Shown here piece after piece: positions 31,416-42,466 of a stretch of 56,870 bases of DNA; position 1 is the stretch's first letter; each line of letters opens with the position of its first letter. The position numbers and the translations under genes were made by a program. The notes beneath the pieces were generated by a model. That model had not been told where the DNA came from, did not search any database, and was given only the letters and a program-made list of their open reading frames with translations. The stretch is from a virus. Taxonomy: Duplodnaviria; Heunggongvirae; Uroviricota; Caudoviricetes. Location of the stretch: IMG/VR virus record IMGVR_UViG_2850796239_000009; one strand, given 5' to 3'.

Positions 31416-32441
31416 ATGTCGATGTACACAACCGCCCAGCTGCTGGCGGCAAATGAGCAGAAATTTAAGTTTGATCCGCTGTTTCTGCGTCTCTTTTTCC
31501 GTGAGAGCTATCCCTTCACCACGGAGAAAGTCTATCTCTCACAAATTCCGGGACTGGTAAACATGGCGCTGTACGTTTCGCCGATTGTTTCCGGTGAGGT
31601 TATCCGTTCCCGTGGCGGATCCACCTCTGAATTTACACCGGGATATGTCAAGCCCAAGCATGAGGTGAATCCGCAGATGACCCTGCGTCGCCTGCCGGAT
31701 GAAGATCCGCAGAATCTGGCGGACCCGGCTTACCGCCGCCGTCGCATCATCCTGCAGAACATGCGAGACGAAGAGCTGGCCATTGCTCAGGTCGAAGAGA
31801 TGCAGGCCGTTTCTGCCGTGCTCAAGGGCAAATACACCATGACCGGTGAAGCCTTCGATCCGGTTGAGGTGGATATGGGCCGCAGTGCGGCGAACAACAT
31901 CACGCAGTCCGGCGGCACGGAGTGGAGCAAGCGTGACAAGTCCACGTATGACCCGACCGACGATATCGAAGCCTACGCGCTGAACGCCAGCGGCGTGGTG
32001 AATATCATCGTGTTTGACCCGAAAGGCTGGGCGCTGTTCCGTTCCTTCAAAGCCGTCAGGGAGAAGCTGGATACCCGTCGCGGCTCTCATTCCGAACTGG
32101 AGACAGCGGTAAAAGACCTGGGCAAAGCGGTGTCTTATAAGGGAATGTATGGCGATGTGGCCATCGTCGTGTATTCCGGACAGTACGTGGAAAACGGCGT
32201 CAAAAAGAACTTCCTGCCGGACAACACGATGGTGCTGGGTAACACTCATGCACGCGGTCTGCGCTCCTATGGCTGTATTCAGGATGCGGATGCATTGAGT
32301 GAGGGTATTAATGCGTCTCCCCGTTATCCGAAAAACTGGAAGACATCCGGCGATCCGGCGCGAGAGTTCACCATGATTCAGTCAGCACCGCTGATGCTGC
32401 TGGCTGATCCTGATGAGTTCGTGGCCGTTCAACTGGCGTAA
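31416..32441 (+). CDS. E: Major capsid protein gpE
   Basis: MSMYTTAQLLAANEQKFKFDPLFLRLFFRESYPFTTEKVY..., 341 aa, matches recalled lambda gpE. Confidence 0.95.
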   Translation: MSMYTTAQLLAANEQKFKFDPLFLRLFFRESYPFTTEKVYLSQIPGLVNMALYVSPIVSGEVIRSRGGSTSEFTPGYVKPKHEVNPQMTLRRLPDEDPQNLADPAYRRRRIILQNMRDEELAIAQVEEMQAVSAVLKGKYTMTGEAFDPVEVDMGRSAANNITQSGGTEWSKRDKSTYDPTDDIEAYALNASGVVNIIVFDPKGWALFRSFKAVREKLDTRRGSHSELETAVKDLGKAVSYKGMYGDVAIVVYSGQYVENGVKKNFLPDNTMVLGNTHARGLRSYGCIQDADALSEGINASPRYPKNWKTSGDPAREFTMIQSAPLMLLADPDEFVAVQLA

Positions 32442-32523
32442 TCATGGCCCTTCGGGGCCATTTTCTCTCTGTGGAGGAGTCCATGACGAAAGTAAGCGCT
32501 CCGAGAAGTACGTAGCGTAAGGA

Positions 32524-34124
32524 TTATTTTACAGACGAGAAGTTCCAGGGCAGCAGTTCATGCACTTGGTTCGACGGCCAGTCATTGAGCTTCTCGATCA
32601 CTTCGCGCAACCAGTCCTCCGGCTCCACTTCGTTCTGTTTGCAGGTGACCAGCAGACTGTAGATGATCGCCGCACTTTCTCCTCCCTTGTCTGAGCCGAA
32701 AAAGAGATAATTTTTTCTTCCAACCGCCACCGATCGTAACGCGTTTTCACCGATGTTGTTGTCTATTTCCACCCAGCCGTCACGACAGAACTCGTTCAGC
32801 GCATTCCAGTGATTCAGGATATAGTCGAACGCCTTCGCCATCTCCGCATGTTTCGACAGCGTTTTCCTCTGCAACTGTATCCAGTCGTACAACGACTGCA
32901 TCAACTGGACGCTTCTGGCTTTTCTGACTGCAAGCCGTTCCTCTGCCGGACTGCCACGTATCTCCGCTTCTATGTCGTATAACTCTGCTATCCGTCTGAG
33001 CGCTTCCTGAGTCATTTCTGTCGGACGGCGCACATCCTCGTCATGGATTTTTCGGCGGGCGTGGGCCAGGCACCCGGCTTCCTTCACCCGGCCCGTTTCG
33101 TACAGTACGTTATAACCTGCATAGGCATCAGCCTGCAGTACGCCCTGATACTTTGCCAGGTGGAGCTGCGGATGTTCTCCTTTGCGATCTGCCGAATACG
33201 CGAACCAGACGGCTGCCGGCAGGGATGAACCCGCATTACGATCATCCCTGACGTATACCCACAGACGACCCGTTTTCGTCTTTCCGTTCCCCGGGGCCAG
33301 TACTTTCACCGGAGTGTCATCTGCGTGCACCTTTCCTGCCTCCAGAACATAGTCATTCAGCGCTATATACAGAGGACGGAGTTTGTCTGCCATTTCTGAT
33401 ACCCAGCGCACCATGGTATTACGGCTCAGCTCCACGCCCTGTCGCGCGTATATTTCTGACTGGCGATATAAAGGGATATGTTCCATATATTTGCTGACCA
33501 GGATCCGTGCAAGTAACCCTGCACTGGCATAACCGCGTTCGATCGGTTTAGGGGAAGTGGTGCCTGAACGATGACATCACACCGGCTACAGGCCAGTTTG
33601 GGACGTATGGTTTCGATAACTTTAAAGGCGGTATTAATGATATCCAGTTGCTCTGAGATTGTTTCCCCCATTTCTTTCAGAACACCTCCACAGGCCGGGC
33701 AACTGGTTTCAGCAGGCAGAAGGCGATGTGTCTCCCGGGGAAGTTCTGCCGGCAGCGGTTTTCGTGAAGATTTTCGTCCCGGGGATTCAGGCTTACTGGC
33801 GATCGGGTTTTCTGACGGGGGACTGGTGTCAGGTGAATCTGTGACTGACGATGCATCTTCCAGAAGATTTCTGGCTGTGTTCAGCCGGTTTTCCAGTTCC
33901 GACAGTCGTTTTTCTGCCTGTCGGATCTGATTTTCAAGCTTATGACGCTTTTTCTCTGAACTCTGGCCGAACAACATACGACGCAACCTGTCGAGTTGCG
34001 CTTTCAGCCGTTCAATTTCCTGCTCATAGCCCGCGACCTGACAGGCATACTGTCGAAGCCGACTCTGTTGCTTACGCAACATGGCTTTAAGCAGCTCAAT
34101 ATCATCGGGGAGTTCATTGTTCAT
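32524..34124 (-). pseudogene. IS66-family transposase TnpC, frame broken near 33520
   Basis: N-terminal zinc-finger part (CPACGG...CSRCDV) at 33426-34124 and C-terminal DDE part ([17 protein letters not shown]...) at 32524-33486 lie in different frames. Confidence 0.75.
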
Positions 34125-34143
34125 TCCCTTGTTTTATCACGGG

Positions 34144-34491
34144 TTATATCCGGATGCCAGGCCGTTCTGTCCGTTTGGGATGTTGCCACGCGATCCCCTC
34201 CAGTAGCATGGATAACTGAGCTGGCGTCAGGTGCACTTTCCCTTCCCGGGTCACCGGCCAGACGAAGCGGCCCCGTTCCAGGCGTTTGGCGAACAGGCAT
34301 AACCCGTCACGATCGGCCCACAGTATTTTCACCATTTTGCCACTGCGGCCCCGGAAGACGAAGATATGCCCGGAGAACGGGTCATCTTTCAGCGTGTTCT
34401 GCACCTTCGAAGCCAGGCCATTGAAGCCACAACGCATATCTGTGATGCCAGCGATGATCCAGATTTTGGTACCGGTCGGCAGCGTTATCAT
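34144..34491 (-). CDS. IS66-family TnpB
   Basis: 115-aa ORF MITLPTGTKIWIIAGITDMRCGFNGLASKVQ..., the IS66 Orf2 pattern. Confidence 0.8.
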   Translation of the reverse strand: MITLPTGTKIWIIAGITDMRCGFNGLASKVQNTLKDDPFSGHIFVFRGRSGKMVKILWADRDGLCLFAKRLERGRFVWPVTREGKVHLTPAQLSMLLEGIAWQHPKRTERPGIRI

Positions 34492-34619
34492 CGGATACCC
34501 CCTTTCATTTCGCGGATTAGCGCCCGTAACAGTTCCGGAGTGAGAGGGTCAAACAGTTTTACCACACCTGATTTAAGATGCAGCTCGCACCGTGGGACGT
34601 TTCCGGGAGCCCCCTCAGG

Positions 34620-35920
34620 CTGAGGAATCCCCAGAAAACGAGACAGACATAGCATTATGTGATCTACTGATTTGTGCCAACAATTCAATGAGATCACTGC
34701 TATGCCTGTTCATAAAGTATGTCAGAATTTCTTCCGGGATGCCTTAGCACCATTTCATCAGTACCGACAAAATGCCCTGATGGATGCCACAGTGGCGTTA
34801 ATCAACGGAGCATCTCTGACGCTGACCAGTATCGGACGTTTTTTGCCGGGTAATGCACAAGTTAAGAATAAGATCAAACGTATTGATCGCCTCATGGGTA
34901 ATGAGGCGCTCCATCGCGATATTCCAATGATTTTCAGGAATATCACTTCAATGCTGACACGGCAGTTATCTTTATGTGTAATAGCCGTAGACTGGAGTGG
35001 CTATCCCTCCCAGGAGCATCATGTTCTTCGTGCCAGCCTTCTGTGTGACGGGCGTTCCATTCCGTTATTGAGTAAGGTTGTTCCTTCTGAAAAACAAAAT
35101 AATCCATTGATACAACATGATTTCCTTGATTCCCTTGCTCAATCCCTGCCCCCCGATGCCAGGGTTATTATTGTCACGGATGCTGGATTTCAGAGCGCAT
35201 GGTTTCACCATATTACTTCTCTGGGCTGGGATTTTATTGGTCGGATCAGAAATAACGTTCAGTATTGCCTCGATAACGCGCCTGAAAGATGGTTAAAAGT
35301 GTCGGATAGCCCTGAATGTAAAACACCGGAATATATGGGGGCTGGAAGGCTGGTTAAAGAAAGGAAAAAAAGCATCCGGGGGCATTTTTACACCTATAAG
35401 AAATCGGCAAAAGGGCGAAAAAAGAAACGTTCGAAAGGTCAGAGTGGTTTAAACAAAACAGACAAAGAACAGAGCAAATCAGCAAAAGAAGCCTGGTTGA
35501 TCTTCAGCAGTACAAATGACTTCAGAGCGCGAGAAATCATCAAGTTATACAGTCGGCGAATGCAGATTGAGCAAAACTTTCGTGATGAAAAGAACGGGCG
35601 CTTCGGATTTGGTCTTCGGGCCAGCAAAAGTCGTTCAACAGGAAGAATTCTGGTTCTGAGTCTGCTGGCAACGTTGAGCACTATCGTAATGTGGTTACTC
35701 GGTTATCACGCTGAAAATAAAGGGTTACACCTGAAATATCAGGCTAACAGCATTAAATCCCGGCGGGTTATCTCATATCTGACGTTAGCGAAGAATGTTC
35801 TTCGACACTCGCCACTTATTTTAAGACGAACAGTACTGAGCACAGTTCTAAACCATCTGTCCAGAACCTACCGAAATATGGTGCTGGTTTATTAGCAGTA
35901 ATTTTGTGGGGATCCCTCAG
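34620..35920 (+). mobile_element. IS10-like (IS4-family) insertion sequence, copy 2, 1301 bp, nested in the IS66-family element
   Basis: Ends CTGAGGAATCCCCA...TGGGGATCCCTCAG; 9-bp target duplication CCCCTCAGG at 34611-34619 and 35921-35929. Confidence 0.85.
34672..35895 (+). CDS. IS10-like (IS4-family) transposase, intact copy
   Basis: 407-aa ORF with DDE-type architecture similar to the IS10 transposase. Confidence 0.8.
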   Translation: MCQQFNEITAMPVHKVCQNFFRDALAPFHQYRQNALMDATVALINGASLTLTSIGRFLPGNAQVKNKIKRIDRLMGNEALHRDIPMIFRNITSMLTRQLSLCVIAVDWSGYPSQEHHVLRASLLCDGRSIPLLSKVVPSEKQNNPLIQHDFLDSLAQSLPPDARVIIVTDAGFQSAWFHHITSLGWDFIGRIRNNVQYCLDNAPERWLKVSDSPECKTPEYMGAGRLVKERKKSIRGHFYTYKKSAKGRKKKRSKGQSGLNKTDKEQSKSAKEAWLIFSSTNDFRAREIIKLYSRRMQIEQNFRDEKNGRFGFGLRASKSRSTGRILVLSLLATLSTIVMWLLGYHAENKGLHLKYQANSIKSRRVISYLTLAKNVLRHSPLILRRTVLSTVLNHLSRTYRNMVLVY

Positions 35921-36541
35921 CCCCTCAGGGCGCTCATCATGCTTGTTACGCCAGAAGGGATTTGTAACTGGTCTGGTCGGCTCCGGCGTATCAGTCAGTG
36001 CCACCGGGACAGGCATGCATTCCTGTATGTCATCATCGCTCAGTAAGCCGTCCTCGTACTGGCTTTTCCATTTAAACAGCAGGTTATCATTGATATCGTG
36101 TTCTCTGGCGATCCGGGCAACAACAGCCCCAGGCTGTAACGCCTGCTTAGCCAGACGGACCTTAAATTCACGGCTATAGCTGGTTCGCCGTTCTTTTCGC
36201 CATGAGCCTTCTCTGATTTGAGGCTCTGTTAATTCCTTCTTTCTGTTGGCATAAAGGATGGCGTCAAGTTGAGCGAATGAAACTGAATCGGGCAATGGCC
36301 ATGCGATACCGGATGCAAGAAATCGCTGAAAAAGCGTATGTATTGTGGAATGACTGAGACCCAGACGCTGAGCGATGGCCCGGATGGTCAGTTTATCTTC
36401 AAATCTTAAACGCAGGGCATCAGGCAAATAAGAACGGAAGCAGGGAATATCTTTTGTTGTCTGGGAATTCATCGTTCGTGTCCATCAATATAGATGGGCG
36501 CGATTGTTGCCAGACAGGACAATTTTCACAAGACGTCGCTG

Positions 36542-36949
36542 ATGGGGCGCTTACTGACGAAAGATGAACTGATTGCCCGTCTTCAGGTGCTGGGTGAGCA
36601 ACTGAACCGTGATGTCAGCCTGACGGGGACGAAAGAAGAACTGGCGCTCCGTGTGGCAGAGCTGGAAGAGGAGCTTGATGACACGGATGACGCAGCCGGT
36701 CAGGACACGTCTGTCAGCCCGGAAAATGCGCTGACCGGACATGAAAATGAGGTGGTATCAGAACAGACGGATACCGTGACTGATACGGCTGCTCTGGTCA
36801 CGGTCGTGGCACTGGTGACGCTGCATACCGATGCACTTCACGCCACGCGGGATGAACCTGTGGCATTTGTGCTGCCGGGAACGGCGTTTCGTGTCTCTGC
36901 CGGTGTGGCAGCCGAAATGACAGAACGTGGTCTGGCCAGAATGCAATAA
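36542..36949 (+). CDS. FI: DNA-packaging protein FI, native start displaced by IS66-family insertion
   Basis: Native ATG-ACG-AAA lies at 32483-32491 left of the IS; after the IS the frame continues TKDELIARLQVLGEQLNRDV...; an in-frame ATG inside the IS end (36542) would give MGRLL-TKDEL... Confidence 0.6.
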   Translation: MGRLLTKDELIARLQVLGEQLNRDVSLTGTKEELALRVAELEEELDDTDDAAGQDTSVSPENALTGHENEVVSEQTDTVTDTAALVTVVALVTLHTDALHATRDEPVAFVLPGTAFRVSAGVAAEMTERGLARMQ

Positions 36950-36960
36950 CGGGAGGCGCT

Positions 36961-37314
36961 GTGGCTGATTTCGATAACCTGTTCGATGCTGCCATTGCCC
37001 GCGCCGATGAAACGATACGCGGGTACATGGGAACGTCAGCCACCATGACATCCGGTGAGCAGTCCGGCGCAGTAATACGTGGTGTTTTTGATGACCCTGA
37101 AAATATCAGCTATGCCGGACAGGGCGTGCGCGTTGAAGGCTCCAGCCCGTCCCTGTTTGTCCGGACTGATGATGTGCGGCAACTGCGGCGTGGAGACACG
37201 CTGACCATCGGTGAGGAAAACTTCTGGATAGACCGGGTTTCGCCGGATGATGGTGGAAGCTGTCATCTCTGGCTTGGGCGGGGCGTACCGCCTGCCGTTA
37301 ACCGTCGCCGCTGA
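36961..37314 (+). CDS. FII: Head-tail joining protein FII
   Basis: 117-aa ORF (GTG start) MADFDNLFDAAIARADETIRGYMG... Confidence 0.9.
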   Translation: MADFDNLFDAAIARADETIRGYMGTSATMTSGEQSGAVIRGVFDDPENISYAGQGVRVEGSSPSLFVRTDDVRQLRRGDTLTIGEENFWIDRVSPDDGGSCHLWLGRGVPPAVNRRR

Positions 37315-37325
37315 AAGGGGGATGT

Positions 37326-37904
37326 ATGGCCATAAAAGGTCTTGAGCAGGCCGTTGAAAACCTCAGCCGTATCAGCAAAACGGCGGTGCCTGGTGCCGCC
37401 GCAATGGCCATTAACCGCGTTGCTTCATCCGCGATATCGCAGTCGGCGTCACAGGTTGCCCGTGAGACAAAGGTACGCCGGAAACTGGTAAAGGAAAGGG
37501 CCAGGCTGAAAAGGGCCACGGTAAAAAATCCGCAGGCCAGAATCAAAGTTAACCGGGGGGATTTGCCCGTAATCAGGCTGGGTAACGCGCGGATTGTCCT
37601 GTCCCGACGCAGGCGTCGTAAAAAGGGGCAGCGTTCAGCCCTGAAAGGTGGCGGCAGCGTGCTTGTGGTGGGAAACCGTCGTATTCCCGGCGCGTTTATT
37701 CAGCAACTGAAAAATGTCCGGTGGCATGTCATGCAGCGTGTGGCCGGGAAAAACCGTTACCCCATTGATGTGGTGAAAATCCCGATGGCGGTGCCGCTGA
37801 CCACGGCGTTTAAACAGAATATTGAGCGGATACGGCGTGAACGTCTTCCGAAAGCGCTGGACTATGCGCTGCAGCATCAACTGAGGATGGTAATAAAGCG
37901 ATGA
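37326..37904 (+). CDS. Z: Tail completion protein Z
   Basis: 192-aa ORF MAIKGLEQAVENLSRISKTAVPG... Confidence 0.9.
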   Translation: MAIKGLEQAVENLSRISKTAVPGAAAMAINRVASSAISQSASQVARETKVRRKLVKERARLKRATVKNPQARIKVNRGDLPVIRLGNARIVLSRRRRRKKGQRSALKGGGSVLVVGNRRIPGAFIQQLKNVRWHVMQRVAGKNRYPIDVVKIPMAVPLTTAFKQNIERIRRERLPKALDYALQHQLRMVIKR

Positions 37905-38296
37905 AACATACTGAACTCCGTGCAGCCGTACTGGATGCACTGGAGAAGCATGACACCGGGGCGACGTTTTTTGATGGTCGCCCCGCTGTTTTTGATGAGG
38001 CGGATTTTCCGGCAGTTGCCGTTTATCTCACCGGCGCTGAATACACGGGCGAAGAGCTGGACAGCGATACCTGGCAGGCGGAGCTGCATATCGAAGTTTT
38101 CCTGCCTGCTCAGGTGTCGGATTCAGAGCTGGATGCGTGGATGGAGTCCCGGATTTATCCGGTGATGAGTGATATCCCGGCACTGTCAGATTTGATCACC
38201 AGTATGGTGGCCAGCGGCTATGACTACCGGCGCGACGATGATGCGGGCCTGTGGAGTTCAGCCGATCTGACTTATGTCATTACCTATGAAATGTGA
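37901..38296 (+). CDS. U: Tail terminator protein U
   Basis: 131-aa [29 protein letters not shown]... Confidence 0.9.
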   Translation: MKHTELRAAVLDALEKHDTGATFFDGRPAVFDEADFPAVAVYLTGAEYTGEELDSDTWQAELHIEVFLPAQVSDSELDAWMESRIYPVMSDIPALSDLITSMVASGYDYRRDDDAGLWSSADLTYVITYEM

Positions 38297-38303
38297 GGAC
38301 GAT

Positions 38304-39044
38304 ATGCCAACACCAAATCCTCTGGCACCGGTGAAAGGGGCCGGGACCACCCTGTGGGTTTATAACGGGAGCGGCGACCCTTATGCAAACCCGCTTTCAG
38401 ACAATGACTGGTCGCGTCTGGCAAAGGTTAAAGACCTGACGCCCGGCGAACTGACCGCTGAGTCCTATGACGACAGTTATCTCGATGATGAAGATGCGGA
38501 CTGGGCCGCGACCGGACAGGGGCAGAAATCTGCCGGAGATACCAGCTTCACGCTGGCGTGGATGCCCGGAGAGCAGGGGCAGCAGGCGCTGCTGGCGTGG
38601 TTTAATGAAGGTGATACCCGTGCCTATAAAATCCGCTTCCCGAACGGCACGGTCGATGTGTTCCGCGGCTGGGTCAGCAGTATCGGTAAGGCGGTGACGG
38701 TGAAGGAAGTGATCACCCGCACGGTGAAAGTCACCAACGTGGGACGTCCGTCGATGGCAGAAGATCGCAGCACGGTAACAGCGGCAACCGGCATGACCGT
38801 GACGCCTGCCAGCACCTCGGTGGTGAAAGGACAGAGCACTACGCTGACCGTGGCATTCCAGCCGGAAGGCGCAACCGACAAGAGCTTCCGTGCGGTGTCT
38901 GCGGATAAAACAAAAGCCACCGTGTCGGTCAGTGGTATGACCATCACCGTGAAAGGTGTTGCTGCAGGCAAGGTCAACATTCCGGTCGTATCCGGTAATG
39001 GTGAACTTGCTGCGGTTGCAGAAATCAACGTCACCGCCCGTTAA
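38304..39044 (+). CDS. V: Major tail protein V
   Basis: [33 protein letters not shown]...; ORF-track frame starts at 38274. Confidence 0.9.
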   Translation: MPTPNPLAPVKGAGTTLWVYNGSGDPYANPLSDNDWSRLAKVKDLTPGELTAESYDDSYLDDEDADWAATGQGQKSAGDTSFTLAWMPGEQGQQALLAWFNEGDTRAYKIRFPNGTVDVFRGWVSSIGKAVTVKEVITRTVKVTNVGRPSMAEDRSTVTAATGMTVTPASTSVVKGQSTTLTVAFQPEGATDKSFRAVSADKTKATVSVSGMTITVKGVAAGKVNIPVVSGNGELAAVAEINVTAR

Positions 39045-39059
39045 TCCGGAGAGTCAGCG

Positions 39060-39482
39060 ATGTTCCTGAAAACCGAATCATTTGAACATAACGGTGTGAC
39101 CGTCACGCTTTCTGAACTGTCAGCCCTGCAGCGTATTGAGCATCTTGCCTGGTTGAAAGAGCAGGAAAAAAAGGCTGAATCCAGTGGCAACCTGCAGGTG
39201 TCTGTAGAGGAGCTTATCAGAGGCGGGGCGTTTCTGGTGGCGATGTCTCTGTGGCATAACCATCCACAGAAGACAAAGCTGCCGTCCATGAATGAAGCCA
39301 TTACGCAGATTGAGCAGGAAGTGCTTACCACCTGGCCCACGGAGGCAATTGCTCAGGCTGAAAACGTGGTGTTACGTCTGTCCGGAATGTCTGAGTTTGT
39401 GGTGAATGATGCTCCTGAACAGACAGAGGACGCCGGGCCTGCAGAGCCTGTTTCTGCGGGAAAGTGTTCGACGGTGAGCTGA
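39060..39482 (+). CDS. G: Tail assembly chaperone G
   Basis: 140-aa ORF MFLKTESFEHNGVTVTLSELSALQRIEHLAWL...; slippery GGGAAAG near its 3' end. Confidence 0.9.
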   Translation: MFLKTESFEHNGVTVTLSELSALQRIEHLAWLKEQEKKAESSGNLQVSVEELIRGGAFLVAMSLWHNHPQKTKLPSMNEAITQIEQEVLTTWPTEAIAQAENVVLRLSGMSEFVVNDAPEQTEDAGPAEPVSAGKCSTVS

Positions 39483-39898
39483 GTTTTGCCCTGAAACTGG
39501 CGCGTGAGATGGGGCGACCCGACTGGCGTGCCATGCTTGCCGGGATGTCATCCACGGAGTATGCCGACTGGCACCGCTTTTACAGTACCCATTATTTTCA
39601 TGATGTTCTGCTGGATATGCACTTTTCCGGGCTGACATACACCGTCCTCAGCCTGTTTTTCAGCGATCCGGATATGCATCCGCTGGATTTCAGTCTGCTT
39701 AACCGGCGCGAGGCTGACGAAGAGCCTGAAGATGATGTGCTGATGCAGAAAGCGGCAGGGCTTGCCGGAGGCGTCCGCTTTGGCCCGGACGGGAATGAAG
39801 TTATCCGCGCTTCCCCGGATGTGGCGGATATGACGGAGGATGACGTAATGCTGATGACAGTATCAGAAGGGATCGCAGGAGGAGTCCGGTATGGCTGA
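39464..39898 (+). CDS. T: T portion of the G-T tail assembly chaperone (made by -1 programmed frameshift from G)
   Basis: 144-aa -1 frame ORF overlapping the G 3' end: ...LKLAREMGRPDWRAMLAGMSSTEYADWHRFYS... Confidence 0.8.
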   Translation: MFDGELSFALKLAREMGRPDWRAMLAGMSSTEYADWHRFYSTHYFHDVLLDMHFSGLTYTVLSLFFSDPDMHPLDFSLLNRREADEEPEDDVLMQKAAGLAGGVRFGPDGNEVIRASPDVADMTEDDVMLMTVSEGIAGGVRYG

Positions 39899-42466
39899 AC
39901 CGGTAGGCGATCTGGTCGTTGATTTGAGTCTGGATGCGGCCAGATTTGACGAGCAGATGGCCAGAGTCAGGCGTCATTTTTCCGGTACGGAAAGTGATGC
40001 GAAAAAAACAGCGGCAGTCGTTGAACAGTCGCTGAGCCGACAGGCGCTGGCTGCACAGAAAGCGGGGATTTCCGTCGGGCAGTATAAAGCCGCCATGCGT
40101 ATGCTGCCTGCGCAGTTCACCGACGTGGCCACGCAGCTTGCAGGCGGGCAAAGTCCGTGGCTGATCCTGCTGCAACAGGGTGGTCAGGTTAAGGACTCCT
40201 TCGGCGGGATGATCCCCATGTTCAGGGGGCTTGCCGGTGCGATCACCCTGCCGATGGTCGGGGCCACCTCGCTGGCGGTGGCGATCGGTGCGCTGGCGTA
40301 TGCCTGGTATCAGGGGGACTCAACCCTGTCCAGTTTCAATAAAACGCTGGTCCTTTCCGGTAATCAGGCAGGACTGACGGCAGATCGTATGCTGGTCCTG
40401 TCCAGAGCCGGGCAGGCGGCAGGGCTGACGTTTAACCAGACCAGCGAGTCACTGACGGCGCTGGTGAATGCAGGTGTGCGTGGTGGTGAGCAGTTTGAGG
40501 CGATCAGCCAGAGTGTGGCGCGTTTCTCCTCTGCATCCGGCGTGGAGGTGGACAAGGTCGCTGAAGCCTTCGGGAAGCTGACCACAGACCCGACGTCGGG
40601 ACTGACAGCGATGGCACGTCAGTTCCATAACGTGACGGCGGAGCAGATTGCGTATGTTGCTCAGTTGCAGCGTTCCGGAGATGAAGCCGGGGCATTGCAG
40701 GCGGCGAACGAGGCCGCAACGAAAGGGTTTGATGACCTGACCCGCCGCCTGAAAGAGAACATGGGCACGCTGGAGACCTGGGCAGACAGGACAGCGCGGG
40801 CATTCAAATCCATGTGGGATTCGGTGCTGGATATTGGTCGCCCGGACACTGCCCGGGAAATGCTGGAGAAAGCAGAAAAGGCTTTTGATGAGGCGGACAA
40901 AAAATGGCAGTGGTATCAGAGCCGGAGCCACCGGCGCGGTAAAACATCCGCATTTCTTGCCAATCTCCGGGGAGCATGGGAGGACAGAGCGAATGCGCAA
41001 CTTGGGCTTTCAGCCGCCACGTTGCAGGCCGATCTTGAAAAGGCCAGAGAGATGGCAGCAAAGGACTGGGCCGAGTCTGAGGCATCACGGCTGAAATATA
41101 CCGAAGAGGCGCAGAAGGCTTATGAACGCCTGCAGACGCCGCTGGAGAAATATACCGCCCGTCAGGAAGAACTGAACAAGGCACTGAAGGACGGGAAAAT
41201 TCTGCAGGCAGATTACAACACGCTGATGGCGGCGGCGAAAAAGGATTATGAAGCGACGCTGAAAAAGCCGAAACAGTCCGACGTGAAGGTGTCTGCGGGC
41301 GATCGTCAGGAAGACAGTGCTCATGCTGCCCTGCTGACGCTTCAGGCTGAACTCCGGACGCTGGAGAAGCATGCCGGAGCAAATGAGAAAATCAGCCAGC
41401 AGCGCCGGGATTTGTGGAAGGCGGAGAGTCAGTTCGCGGTACTGGAGGAGGCGGCGCAACGTCGCCAGCTGTCTGCACAGGAGAAATCCCTGCTGGCGCA
41501 TAAAGATGAGACGCTGGAGTACAAACGCCAGCTGGCTGCACTTGGCGACAAGGTTACGTATCAGGAGCACCTGAACGCGCTGGCGCAGCAGGCGGATAAA
41601 TTCGCACAGCAGCAACGGGCAAAACGGGCCGCTATTGATGCGAAAAGCCGGGGCTGACTGACCGGCAGGCAGAACGGGAAGCCACGGAACAGCGCCTGAA
41701 GGAACAGTATGGCGATAATCCTCTGGCGCTGAATAACGTCATGTCAGAGCAGAAAAAGACCTGGGCGGCTGAAGACCTGCTTCGCGGGAGCTGGATGGCA
41801 GGCCTCAGGTCCGGCTGGAGCGAGTGGAAAGAGAGTGCCACGGACAGTATGTCGCAGGTTAAAAGTGCTGCCACGCAGACCTTTGATGGTATTGCGCAGA
41901 ATATGGCGGCGATGCTGACCGGCAGTGAACAGAACTGGCGCAGCTTCACCCGCTCCGTGCTGTCCATGATGACAGAAATTCTGCTTAAGCAGGCAATGGT
42001 GGGGATTGTCGGGAGTATCGGCAGCGCCATTGGCGGGGCTGTTGGTGGCGGCTCATCCGCGTCAGGCGGTACAGCCATTCAGGCAGCTGCGGCGAAATTC
42101 CATTTTGCGACCGGAGGATTTACGGGAACCGGCGGCAAATATGAGCCAGCGGGGATTGTTCATCGTGGTGAATTTGTCTTCACGAAGGAGGCAACCAGCC
42201 GGATTGGTGTCGGCAACCTGTACCGCCTGATGCGGGGCTATGCGGAAGGTGGTTATGTGGGCGGTGCCGGAAGTCCGGCGCAGATGCGGCGGGCTGAAGG
42301 CATTAATTTTAATCAGAACAACAACGTGGTGATTCAGAACGACGGTACGAATGGTCTGCCAGGTCCACAGATGATGAAGGCAGTGTATGACATGGCCCGC
42401 AAGGGTGCCCGTGATGAAATTCAGGCACAGATGCGCGATGGTGGTCTGTTCTCCGGAGGTGGATGA
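39891..42466 (+). pseudogene. H: Tail tape measure protein H, frame broken at a G4 run
   Basis: MAEPVGDLVVDLSLDAARFDEQMARV... runs to a stop at 41657 (...AIDAKSRG*); remainder LTDRQAEREATEQ...MRDGGLFSGGG continues in the +2 frame to 42466; break at CCGGGGCTGA 41648-41657. Confidence 0.8.

Larger units (their letters stand above)
34488..36472 (-). pseudogene. IS66-family TnpA-like accessory gene, split by the nested IS10-like insertion
   Basis: N-terminal part read from 36472 down to the IS10 junction at 35921; C-terminal part 34488-34619; junction marked by 9-bp duplication CCCCTCAGG. Confidence 0.55.
32492..36554 (-). mobile_element. IS66-family insertion sequence (tnpA-tnpB-tnpC) carrying a nested IS10-like copy; inserted at the FI start
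   Basis: Ends GTAAGCGCTCC...GGGCGCTTAC; 8-bp target duplication TGACGAAA at 32484-32491 and 36555-36562. Confidence 0.8.

Noticed and set aside
39801-41615. Multiple long ORFs antisense to, or out of frame with, the tape measure gene H (e.g. 40449-41000, 40804-41382, 41085-41615)
   Set aside because: They overlap a strongly supported lambda-type H coding frame; GC-rich repetitive coding DNA commonly yields spurious open frames.
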